NCBI RefSeq assembly: GCF_000143415.4
Contig: NW_003314261.1
Span: 4,628,691 to 4,692,690, forward strand
DNA length: 64,000 nucleotides
Source: Selaginella moellendorffii
Taxonomy: Eukaryota; Plantae; Lycopodiophyta
Reading direction: 5' to 3'
Shown: in pieces, positions 37,145-48,489 of the stretch
Layout: each line of letters opens with the position of its first letter
How positions within the stretch are numbered: the stretch's first letter is position 1
Made by a program: the position numbers and the translations under genes
The notes under the pieces: generated by a model
Told to the model about the DNA's origin: nothing
Seen by the model: only the letters and a program-made list of their open reading frames with translations
Database searches by the model: none

Positions 37145-38295
37145 TTAGACGCGAGCCACTTCGTTTTTTTCCACTCCTTGGAGGAGCTCCACAACGCGCG
37201 CCATGCTCGGCCGGCTATGGCTGCTCGTTTGCGCGCATATCGTCGCCGCGAAGACGAGTTTCTTGAGCTCCTCTGGCACGAATCGCCCCTGGAGCTTTGG
37301 ATCGACGAGGCAGTCCAGCTTCCCCTCGAGGATGAGCGGCTCCGCCCAGTCGACGATGTGCTGCTTCATGCTGAACTCCACCTTCTCCATCGGCCGCCGC
37401 CCGCTGATGAGCTCCAGCAGCAGGATCCCGAAGCTAAACACGTCGCTCTGCAGCGTCGCGGCCTCGCCGCTGGAGCACTCGGGCGCCGTGTAGCCGAGCG
37501 CCACCTTGGCTTTGAGAGCCGGCTTCTTCATCAGCGCCGCGATGCCGTAGTCCGTGTAGAGCGGCTGGAAGTCGTCAGTGAGGAGGATGTTGCTAGCTTT
37601 GATGTTGCCGTGGATCATTGGAGGATTGGCGGAGTGATGCAAGTATCTGCAAGGAAGAAGAAACGAAAGAGTGAGAACTTCTCAAAGCATTTGACGAACT
37701 GGAGTGAGAACTTCTCAAAGCATTCGAAGAACTGGAACTTACGCGAGCCCCTCGGCACAGCCAAGAGCGACTCTCACTCTCTTCCCCCAATCCAAGAGAT
37801 TGTCGTAGGAGAATGCGCCATGAAGATGCGCGAGAAGGCTGGAGTTGGGCATGTAGCTATAGACGAGGATTCTCTCGTCTCGCTCGACGCAGTATCCTCG
37901 CAGACGCATCACATTTTTGTGGAGCATCTTTCCCATCTTGCCGGCTTCTTCCGCGAATTCTTTGTCCGAGTTTAAGCTGCTGCCACTCCTCAATCGCTTC
38001 ACGGCAATCTGGAAAGAGTTTGCTGCTGGAGATCTTTCCTTTCGCCAAGAACAAGAAAGAGATACCTGAGTTCCATCCGGGAGTTGCCCCCAATACACAC
38101 ACGCCGTGCCCGATTCGCTTGGAAGCGGCTCGGAATTGTCATCGCTTGTCGCGGCGGAACCTCTGTGATCCTCGATCTGTGTCTTGTTGCCACCGCATTT
38201 CGAAGATTTCGACAACCTGATACGATGGAATTTTATAGGCTTCCAATTCGCGAAGCGCGATATCGCTGCGCGTACCTGCGAAAGATGGATCCCAT
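37145..38295 (-). CDS. Receptor-like cytoplasmic kinase (PTI1-like), probable pseudokinase
   Basis: VYWGQLPDGTQIAVKRL, LRGYC, IHGNIKASNILL, GYTAPE, SDVFSFGILLLELISGRRP; 4 exons. Confidence 0.85.
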
Positions 38296-38515
38296 TAAGA
38301 ACGCCTTGATGGCCTTGGTCGCCATTTCTTGCAATGGAGGAAAAAAACTAGGGTTCTTCGTGCTTATTTATTTGACGAGCTCGGCGCGATGCCTGCCCGT
38401 CAAGTGACGCTTCTGTTTCAACTGCCTTTTACCGCCAACGGGTACTTTTATCTTCGTTTATTCGTTTGCTTGGAGCTAGGGTTTCGTGATTAAGGAGCTC
38501 ACTCTTGGAATCGCG

Positions 38516-38738
38516 ATGGCGATGGCGACGGTAATCCCTGTGGTCACGCCAGTCGACAAGAATGCCGGCGCTGGCAAGCCTCGGTCAGGTATACGAAGAA
38601 CATCTATTCGCCAATCGAGGACAAGTAGTCTCAGGTTTCACTTGGTCAGGAAAAGAGATCGAGCTGAAAGGAATGGAGATTTCAAGTCCCACTATACCTT
38701 ATTACAGATCGAAGCAATTCACTTCAGAGCAGTATTGA
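38516..38738 (+). CDS. Possible two-exon small ORF (53 aa), function unknown
   Basis: ATG 38516; GT-AG intron 38589-38649; TGA 38736-38738; telo-box TAGGGTTT just upstream. No family recognised. Confidence 0.3.
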
Positions 38739-39335
38739 AAGCAATTTCCCTTTGAACTGCAAGATTGGAATCGAAAGTTTTACTTTGAGAAGTTCTCCGG
38801 AAGAGTACCAAGCATGAAGGTATGCTTCTTTTTCAGTTTTTTCTTCTAGTTCTGATAATGGAGAAGCGCGCTGAAAACGCGTGTGGCAGAGAAGCGTGAA
38901 TCCTCTGTTTCGTTTCTTCCCGAACAGAGATTTTCCTGCACGGCTCGCGCAGTGATACGAGTGTAAGTTACTCATAGTGATCTCGCCTCCTTACTTTCAT
39001 CTTACCAGGAAGGAACCTCTTGAACTCTAGAGCTCGAGCTTGCGATTCCAGCTTCCACTTCTTTCACGGTAAGTAAATAAATGTTGCGAGAAAGATTTCA
39101 TCTGAAAGCTCTTCCTTTTTGTAGATGGGAGTTGGAACTCCGAGCAACCACGACTTGGACAGACTTCTACGCTTTCGAAAATCAACGATTAGTAGGTGCT
39201 CTTAAACTTTTTGGTAAGTGCGTGATTTCTTTACCATTTTATTGATTCGGAGCTCAAAAGCTCCATCTAGACTATTGGTTTTCTTTTGTCCCAGATCGAT
39301 CGCTCGTGGAACCAGTCCAAGTGAAAAGAATTGCG

Positions 39336-39336
<1 letters not shown>

Positions 39337-39405
<69 letters not shown>
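39337..39405. repeat. (CT)n microsatellite
   Basis: Long CT dinucleotide run upstream of the RGP-like ATG. Confidence 0.95.
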
Positions 39406-39543
39406 GCGAGTGAGTCACTGTTTTGATTCTTCCAAGCTCTAAAGGGGTGACTCCATTTTCCAAAACCATGGGGAATCGAACGCGCGCGACGTGAAGTCCA
39501 TGAAAACTCCACTCCAGAGAGATTCTAGGGCATATTCGTTGCA

Positions 39544-40518
39544 ATGGACGCTATCCAGCCTCCTCCTCTCGCGTCCTCGGCAGCGGCGGATTCGGGCGCC
39601 AAGGATCTCGACATTGTCATCCTCGTCTCCAAAGGTCTGGGATCTTCGCTCGCTTCGTGGCGCTCCATTCTAAAACCTTACCATCTCCTCATTGTGATCG
39701 ACGAGGAGGAGGAAGAGATCCAGCAGCACCTCCATGGCCTGGATTTCGCCCTCTACTCCACCGCCGACGCCAATTGCGAGCTGGAGCGATGCAATCTCTT
39801 GGGCGCCAAGGACCGCTCGGCCCTAGCCGCGGCGCGCGCTTTCGCCCTCCTCGCCTCCACTCGCAGGTACCTCGCCTTCTTGGATCTCAGCTCCGCGGCT
39901 CCTGCCACAGATCCGGCCACCGGCGACGCCATCGATCCATTCCAGCAGCACCTCGCGAATCTGCGATCGCCCTCCACGCCCTTCTTCTTCAACACGCTCT
40001 ACGATCCCTTCCGGCCCGGCGCGGACTTCGTCCGGGGATACCCTTTCAGCCTCCGGACGGGGGTTCCCACCGCGATCTCGCACGGGCTGTGGCTGGATCC
40101 GGCCAAGAAGCCCGCGGATCTGGTGCTCACTGTGCCCAGGGACGTGTTCTTCGCGATGCGATCCATCAATGTGGCTTTTGATCGCGAGCTCGTCGGGGGG
40201 GCCATGTTCCTGGGCAGTGGAGATCTCTGGGCGGGGCTCTGCGCCAAGAGGATCTGTGACCATCTGCGAGTTGGGGTGAAGTCCGGGATCCCATACGTGG
40301 CTTCTCGCGGCCAGGAAAAGGAGGAAGAGACCACCGAGCTCGCGGATCCGGAGATCATCGATTTTGTACGCGGGATTGAGCTGCCGGATGCTGCCGTCTC
40401 GGCTGTGGATTGCTATGAAGAGATTGTGAAGAAGATCAAGGCCGAGAAGCCCAAGTTCGCGGGAGAGATCTCAGTGGCGGGTCTGGAAGCCTGGATCGCG
40501 GCTTGGAAGAAGACATAG
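39544..40518 (+). CDS. Divergent intronless reversibly glycosylated polypeptide (RGP / UDP-arabinopyranose mutase)-like protein
   Basis: HLANLRSPSTPFFFNTLYDPFRPGADFVRGYPFSLR.G.PTAISHGLWL, AFDREL.G, D.WAG.CAK.ICDHL..GVKSG.PY. Confidence 0.85.
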   Translation: MDAIQPPPLASSAAADSGAKDLDIVILVSKGLGSSLASWRSILKPYHLLIVIDEEEEEIQQHLHGLDFALYSTADANCELERCNLLGAKDRSALAAARAFALLASTRRYLAFLDLSSAAPATDPATGDAIDPFQQHLANLRSPSTPFFFNTLYDPFRPGADFVRGYPFSLRTGVPTAISHGLWLDPAKKPADLVLTVPRDVFFAMRSINVAFDRELVGGAMFLGSGDLWAGLCAKRICDHLRVGVKSGIPYVASRGQEKEEETTELADPEIIDFVRGIELPDAAVSAVDCYEEIVKKIKAEKPKFAGEISVAGLEAWIAAWKKT

Positions 40519-40793
40519 AACAAACAAACGGTTCTTGAGTGAAACGCACAAAAGGAATAATTCGCCTCTGTGCAAGGCATATTCTGATATAAATTCTCTA
40601 TAGAAAAAAGGGTACCTTTAAAAGTTTTAGGTAAGGGCGGGTTAGTCGTTCCCCTGCTTGGACGGCGTCGTCCGTGTGGAAGGCGTGGCGCCGGCGGGGC
40701 TCAGCGTGAATCCTGGTACGTTTCATCCCGTTACGAGCGCCTCGCGGGGCGATTAGGTCGGGAAGATCCGCGAATTCGCGATTCTAGGAGGGA

Positions 40794-42137
40794 ATGGAGC
40801 GCGAGGTGCAACCTCTGATCCATTCTCGCTGTGGCGTCGAGAATGCGGACGATTGCAGCTTCTTAGAGAGGTAAAATCTTGATCAAGAGATTTGCGCTCT
40901 CACATTCTTGGTTCTCCTCTCCAGTTGTGACAATCTCGAGGATCTCGAGAAGCAGAAAAAGCAACCATCTCCTCCCGCGATGGAATTCACGAGGAAGAAA
41001 AGATTGGTTTGTAGCAACGTCGCGAGCTGCGCGCTTTCTGAGAGATCGTCTTCGTGCGATCGTGAAGAAGAGCATTGCGAGACGAAGGAGAAGAAGAGAA
41101 AGCGGGGCAGCGTTTCCAGGCGGCTCTGGCTGGCGATGGCGTTTTGCTTGGCTCTCATGGTGGTGGAAGTGATTGGAGGATTCATGGCCAACAGCTTAGC
41201 GATTCTGGCCGACGCGGCACACTTGCTCTCCGACGTTGCCAGCTTTGGAGTTTCCATCTTCGCGATCTGGGCCTCCGGGTGGAAGGCGACGGCGCGCTGC
41301 TCTTACGGCTTCCACCGGCTCGAGACTTTAGGTGCGCTCTTGTCCATTCTTATCATTTGGATCGTCACTGGATTCCTGGTTTACGAGGCGGTTTTCAGGC
41401 TCGTCCACGAGCTCGCGCCGATCGATGGGAGGCTCATGTTTGCGATAGCCGCTGTAGGTTTCTTCGCCAACTTGGTCATGGTCTTCATTCTCGGCCACGG
41501 TGAAAGTCACCACCATCGTGACAGCGACGGTCACTGCCACCATATTTTGCTCTCCGGCGAGAGTTACAAGCAGGAAGGCGGATCTCTGGACTCCTCGGAC
41601 ACAACCGAGAAGGCACACTTGGGCGATCTGGAAAAAGTGGTGGTGATAGAGGAGGAGGAGGAGGAGTCTTCTACGCCGCACAGCAATCTAAACTTGAGAG
41701 GAGCTTATCTTCATATCCTGGGAGACATGATCCAGAGCGTGGGAGTTCTCGTTGGCGGAGCTATCATCTGGCGGTATCCCCGGCTCCGGTACGTGGACGT
41801 GGTTTGCACGCTGGTTTTCTCTCTGGTGGTGCTGTGGACGACGCTGAGGCTGCTGAGAGACGTGGTGGAGATCCTCATGGAGAGCTCCCCTCGAGGGATC
41901 CAGGCCGAGGCAGTGCAAAGCGGCCTCGAGCTCGCCCATCCCGACGTCCTGGGAGTTCACGAGCTCCACATATGGTCCGTGACCACGGGCAAAGTTTTGC
42001 TGTCGTGCCATGTCGCTGTGAAGCACGACGCCGATGCCGATTTGGTTCTCCAGAGAGTGGTCGAGTACTGCGACCGGGAGCTCAAGATAAGTCATGTCAC
42101 GGTGCAAATCGAGAGAATGGATGTGGATCATGTGTAG
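40794..42137 (+). CDS. MTP: Metal tolerance protein (Zn-CDF, MTP1/MTPB-like)
   Basis: SLAILADAAHLLSD, His-containing cytosolic loop, NLRGAYLHILGD, VHELHIWS...HVTVQIE; one intron near 40871-40924. Confidence 0.93.
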
Positions 42138-42459
42138 AAAAATCTCCTTTTTTTCGCTTTTTCTTAAGCGATATGACACAGAGTTGGGGAGTAAGAAATG
42201 CAAGACTACTAAGTAGCCAAGATTTATATGATGTTGATTAAATTGTGCTGGGTACAAAACCCTCTTTAGAATAGAATTTTAGATTAATCTTGAGTTATCG
42301 GTTGTACTAGCATATTCTTGAAACCATTAAAACATATAATAATTTTTACCGAACATGGCCATGCCATACATGGCTATTCCATACAAGGAAATCTATTCCA
42401 TATTATAAAACCGGAGAATACCACAATCGTAGAAGTAAGATAGAAGTTCTAGTTGAGAG

Positions 42460-43778
42460 ATGGAACCATTCAGGGTTCTTGTCATTGTTTTGGTTGCATG
42501 CATCTCGATATCCCAAGCTGCTAGCACGAATCCTCCAGTACAAGGCCTGTTTGTTTTTGGGGACTCAGCGTTAGATGGAGGACAGAACACGTACATCCCG
42601 GGCTCCAAGATTGTTAGCGCAATTCCGCCATATGGAAAGACGTACTTTAGCAAGCCAACAGGGCGTTGGACGGATGGTAGAACGATTGCTGATTTCCTGG
42701 CTCAAGCACTAGGCCTTCCATTGTTGCCACCTTTTCTCGAGCCTGGCGCCAACTTTTCCAGTGGGGTGAACTTTGCATCTGCTGGTGCAGGCTTGTTAGA
42801 TGAAACAAATGCCCATCAAGTACGTATACTCCCATATTCCCCTCAGAAAAAGTTGATGTTGATTCATTCTTTTTGGGTTTTATCAGGGAGTTATTTCAAT
42901 GAAGCAGCAGCTGCGCCAGTTTCGCAACGTCACAAATGAGTACAAAAAAGAGAAGGGTGTGGAGTTTACGAACCAGCTCTTGCGCAATTCAGTGGCATTG
43001 TTTAGCATGGGAGCTAATGATATTGCTAATGCTGTTCCCAGCTCATTCTTGTTCCAGGAGATGATACAAGCATATTCAAGTGCTATTCAGGTACTCGAGT
43101 ATTACATTCACTAACTTCAAAACCTTTGGATGTCTCTTTTGATTTATAGGAAATTTACAATTATGGCATTAAGCATATCATAATTCTGCTAGCACCACCG
43201 ATTGGGTGTACTCCTAACTTGAGAGCGGTATCAGCACAAAGCAGGAATACCAATTTAACTCCAGAGGGCTGCATAGGAATCATTAACACTCTTGTGGATT
43301 CATATAACACTAAACTCTTGAATCTTGCTGTGAAGTTACACAATGACTATCGTGACTTGAACATTGCAACATTAAATCCATCTCCAATTATACTGAACGT
43401 GCTAAGGAATCCTCAGAAATACGGTAAGAACCACAAATTATCTCTCCATTCATATTCATATTAATATTTGTGTGTGCCCATCTAGGTTTCAAAGAAGCAG
43501 AAAAGGCATGTTGTGGTGGTGGGCCATTTAATGCAGCAGAATTTTGTGGGGACGCTGATAAACATGATTGGAAGCCAGATCACAAAAATAAATACACTAA
43601 GTTCGTCTGCAACAATCCTAAAGATTACTTATACTTTGATAGCAACCATTTCACTGAAGCTGGTTATTGGTTTGTGATGAAGAATTTTTGGCATGGATCT
43701 TACAATATTGCAAGACCTAGCAACCTCAACTTCTTTTTTCAGGGGTTTAACATTCCAAACCCACCCCCAATGCCTTAA
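42460..43778 (+). CDS. Secreted GDSL esterase/lipase, copy 1 (4 exons)
   Basis: Signal peptide; FVFGDSALDGG, GRWTDGR, GVNFASAGAG, GANDI, FDSNHFTE (complete SGNH set). Confidence 0.93.
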
Positions 43779-43948
43779 AAGTTTGTAATTTTTTAAAACA
43801 TTTCTTCTAGATGAAGTTTACCACATGTATCAATGTTGTTAATGTTTTCTAGATTAGTGTTTTCTAGGCCTTAACATTAACAACCTCATGCAATGGAAGG
43901 TTGGAAGGATTTTTAAATCAATCTTTTAGATTAAGAAAAAGAACAAAG

Positions 43949-44004
43949 CTGAGGCACTGGATTAAGGTTTTAGTCCGACGGGGGTTCGAATCCCACTCTC
44001 AACA
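43949..44004 (+). pseudogene. 5'-truncated tRNA-Leu(AAG) pseudogene, copy 1
   Basis: CTGGA-TTAAGGT-TTTAG anticodon arm, variable-arm remnant, GGTTCGAATCCC, 3' acceptor CTCAACA; 5' acceptor strand and D arm are missing. Confidence 0.75.
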
Positions 44005-44079
44005 CTAGTTCGTGATGATAAATCGTTTTGATCGTCAAAGTCTACGTTTTTTGTAGGCAATGGTAGGTAAAACAAATGC

Positions 44080-46242
44080 TGAATGTAACAGTCTCTCTTA
44101 CGGCTGCGAATTGGAGCCTGCGTCAATGAGAGAATTTGAGGGTAAACACGCATGAAACCTGGTTTTACCTTAGAACACTGCAAGGAAACTGGGACTCTTT
44201 GGCAACTATAAAGCATCGTCTCTCGTAGCGTTCTTGAAATAGCTCTCCACTTCGCTTGTCAAGGAGTTGCCAGGTCTTACCCCCATCGCAGCTGCCCTCG
44301 AGCATCCTGGAAAAGCAATCAAAAGGAAAAACTCTGATCCATAACAATGGCGATTGATTCACGTTACCATCTCTCTCGGGGCAGCCGTTTGCGGATGTTA
44401 AGTCGTATCCAACAATGTGTTGAGATGCGTTACCATGCAAATGGTAAACAAGAGTCGCGCCTACAAGCACACCTGTTTCAATTCTAGATCCGAAAAAAAT
44501 AAAAAACTTCGCCAACCTTTTGCTCCTTCTGGCATTTTGTGGAGTAGTGGCCGTCAAAAGCTGCGCTAGCCTGCAAACGATAAACTTCGTTTTAAGCGAA
44601 GGAAAGAACCAAGGGAAACGAGAAAACATACCGTTCCAGAGGGCATCTGTTCGCCGGTGGCATAAACCGAGCCACCGCAAAGCCTCCATCCTTGTAACAT
44701 CAGCTGCAGCGTGGGATGCGAGCTTCTTCGTGACTTTCTCAACGTTCTCAAGAGCTGTGGCAAGAGCCAGAGCAGCCTTTCCTGGAGGTTCCTTGAGAGT
44801 AACTTGCATTCCCCCCCTTCCATCGCTCGCTTGCTTCATTCCAATGCCATCCAGCCATGCCGCACCGCCTTTGCTTTGCAGGAAGTTCAGCTGAGTTTCG
44901 TCTGTGGATTCCAGCTTCGCACTTCTCGCTCTGAATGGCTGCCTCTTAAGCTTGATCAATAAGTCGTGGAGAAGTGCCAGCTCTTTTTCTGCCGTGCTTC
45001 TTTCTTGAGAGCATAACGGCCCGATTGCATGGTAGATTTTACCGACGTGCTCATCTGCGCATAGCCTTGCCGGGCAGAAGCTACGATCGGACTCAATATG
45101 CTGCACTCCCATTTCTCCTCTGGCTTCACGCCATTCTTTTGAGCCACTCTGGCGACCAGGTAGGTGTTGATCCGTCTCTGGGCTGGCTTGAGCTCCAGAG
45201 AGCTCTTCAGCCTCTTGCCTGTCACGTTGCTCAAGTATATCGAGCTCCTCGGGTTCCAGTTTGCTCCTTTGAATCGCTGTTAGCAGTGCTACTACCTCCT
45301 CCGCGGTCTCTTCGCTTACCAAGTTCCTGCGAGACACTACCTTTTACAACAAAGTCAAAGAAGCGCCACACAAATACAGGAATATAGTTTGTACCTCTGG
45401 CCACTTCCGTGTGTATCGTTTTGTAACATCATAAACTCCATCTTTCGCAACGGCAATGACGTAGTTCAGCTTCTTTCCCCATCTTGACGCAAGTCCGGTG
45501 TTAGCGTGAGAAAAAGAAATGTCACATAGTACCCTTTCTCGTAAAGAAGCGGAGTATCATACGAGGCCTCACACGGATCCAAGTGCACCCATCTGCACAA
45601 GCACTTCAAGAGCTTTATAAGAGGTCGGGAGAGCATACCTTCCGAGATAAGGAGAATGGAACTCTGTCCAGACGTGATCCGTGAAGTCAAGGACCTGCAC
45701 AAAAGCAAGAGTTACAAGCATGAACCAACAGATTCTATGACCACGGCGTTACCAGACGAGCATTGTAGCCTAGCGCAACGCAGTAGAACGTAAAACAATT
45801 GGCCCATTCTCCACAGCGACCGCATTGTGTCTCCATGAGCTTCATTTGACAATAGAAAGTTCATACTATAAATAAAATCAGTGGCAGCATTCAAGCGAGT
45901 GGAACCAGTCAACTTTACCTTCGCGGGACTGTTGTAGCGTGGAAATCGAGTGACTGTTCCACAAAGCTCGCAACTGCAGGGTGAGGAGTTAAAACGTTTG
46001 TAGATGCTCGAAACTTTCAGCTGGAAACACCTGTGAATCTCTACACGGCTGGCTCCAAATTGGAGATCCTCGGCACTTGGTCCTCCCATGCCTATGTGAT
46101 GCGTGTTGGATGCACAGAAATCAAACGAGGTTGAATTCACCCACCTGCAAATCCAGAGCTCTTTCAGAAAAAAAGAAATTTGGGAAAGAAGAGCCAGCAA
46201 ACGAACTAACTTGAAAGATGTCTTGAACCAGTGGAGCAACTG
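44080..46242 (-). pseudogene. 5'-truncated PNG1 copy 1
   Basis: Lacks the start exons; extra deletions near 44085, 44368, 44530 and 44710 relative to copy 4. Confidence 0.88.
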
Positions 46243-46335
46243 CCGCTTGTTTCTTCCTCTTCCTTGATTTTCTTTGTTCTTCTCAAGGAAGGAAGATCCA
46301 GCCAACCAAAGAAGAAGAGAACCATTTTTTTCTCC

Positions 46336-46548
46336 CTCGAGCTCGCTCATCCCGACGTCCTGGGAGTTCACGAGCTCCACATATGGTCCGTGACCACCGG
46401 CAAAGTTTTGCTGTCGTGCCATGTCGCTGTGAAGCACGATGCCGATGGCGACTTGGTTCTCCAGAGAGTGGTCGAGTACTGCGACCGGGAGCTCAAGATA
46501 AGTCATGTCACGGTGCAAATTGAGAGAATGGATGTGGATCATGTGTAG
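46336..46548 (+). pseudogene. MTP C-terminal fragment, unit 2
   Basis: LELAHPDVLGVHELH...VDHV*, matching 41925-42137. Confidence 0.9.
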
Positions 46549-46874
46549 AGAAATCTCCTTTTTTTCGCTTTTTCTTAAGCGATATGACACAGAGTTGGGG
46601 AGTAAGAAATGCAAGACTACTAAGTAGCCAAGATTTATATGATGTTAATTAAATTGTGCTGGGTACAAAACCCTCTTTAGAATAGCATTTTATATTAATC
46701 TTGACGGTTGTACTAGCATATTCTTGAAACCATTGCGCTAAACAAAACATATAATAATTTTTACCGAACATGGCCATACCATACATGGCTATTCCATACA
46801 AGGAAATCTATTCCTAATTATAAAACCGGAGAATACCACAATCGTAAAAGTAAGATAGAAGTTCTAGTTGAGAG

Positions 46875-48193
46875 ATGGAAGCATTCAGGGTTCTTGTCAT
46901 TGTTTTGGTTGCATGCATCTCGATATCCCAAGCTGCTAGCACGAATCCTCCTGTACAAGGCCTGTTTGTTTTTGGGGACTCAGCGTTAGATGGAGGACAG
47001 AACACGTACATCCCGGGCTCCAAGATTGTTAGCGCAATTCCGCCGTATGGAAAGACTTACTTCAGCAAGCCAACAGGGCGTTGGACGGATGGTAGAACGA
47101 TTGCTGATTTCCTGGCTCAAGCACTAGGCCTTCCATTGTTGCCACCTTTTCTCGAGCCTGGTGCCAACTTTTCCAATGGGGTGAACTTTGCATCTGCTGG
47201 TGCAGGCTTGTTAGATGAAACGAATGCCCATCAAGTACGTATACTCCCATATTCCCCTCAGAAATAGTTGATTTTGATTCATTCTTTTTGGGTTTTATCA
47301 GGGAGTTATTTCAATGAAGCAGCAGCTGCGCCAGTTTCGCAACGTCACAAATGAGTACAAAAAAGAGAAGGGTGTGGAGTTTACGAACCAGCTCTTGCGC
47401 AATTCAGTGGCATTGTTTAGCATGGGAGCTAATGATATTGCTAATGCTGTTCCCAGCTCATTCTTGTTCCAGGAGATGATACAAACATATTCAAGTGCTA
47501 TTCAGGTACTCGAGTATTACATTCACTAACTTCAAAACCTTTGGATGTCTCTTTTGATTTATAGGAAATTTACAATTATGGCATTAAGCATATCATAATT
47601 CTGCTAGCACCACCGATTGGGTGTACTCCTAACTTGAGAGCGGTATCAGCACAAAGCAGGAATACCAATTTAACTCCAGAGGGCTGCATAGGAATCATTA
47701 ACACTCTTGTGGATTCATATAACACTAAACTCTTGAATCTTGCTGTGAAGTTACACAATGACTATCGTGACTTGAACATTGCAACATTAAATCCATCTCC
47801 AATTATACTGAACGTGCTAAGGAATCCTCAGAAATACGGTAAGAAACACAAATTATCTCTCCATTCATATTCATATTAATATTTGTGTGTGTCCGTCTAG
47901 GTTTCAAAGAAGCAGAAAAGGCATGTTGTGGTGGTGGGCCATTTAATGCAGCAGAATTTTGTGGGGACGCTGATAAACATGATTGGAAGCCAGATCACAA
48001 AAATAAATACACTAAGTTCATCTGCAACAATCCTAAAGATTACTTATACTTTGATAGCAACCATTTCACTGAAGCTGGTTATTGGTTTGTGATGAAGAAT
48101 TTTTGGCATGGATCTTACAATATTGCAAGACCTAGCAACCTCAACTTCTTTTTTCAGGGGTTTAACATTCCAAACCCACCCCCAACGCCTTAA
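46875..48193 (+). CDS. GDSL esterase/lipase, copy 2
   Basis: Same exons and catalytic motifs as copy 1; no disruption seen. Confidence 0.92.
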
Positions 48194-48354
48194 AAGTTTG
48201 TATTTTATTTCATATAAAACATTTCTTCTAGACCACATGTATCAATGTTATTAATGTTTTCTAGATTAGTGTTTTCTAGGCCTTAACATGATCATGCAGT
48301 GGAAGGTTGAAAGGATTTTTAAACCAATCTTTTAGATTAAGAAAAAGAACAAAG

Positions 48355-48408
48355 CTGAGGCACTGGATTAAGGTTAGTCCGACGGGGCTTTGAATCCCAC
48401 TCTCAACA
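48355..48408 (+). pseudogene. tRNA-Leu(AAG) pseudogene, copy 2
   Basis: Duplicate of 43949-44004 with further decay. Confidence 0.7.
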
Positions 48409-48489
48409 CTAGTTCGTGATGATAAATAGTTTTGATCGTCAAAGTCTACGTTTTTTGTAGGCAATGGTAGGTAAAACAAATGCTGTTGT

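Noticed and set aside
39218-39544. RERERE / SLSLSL ORFs
   Set aside because: Translations of the (CT)n microsatellite.
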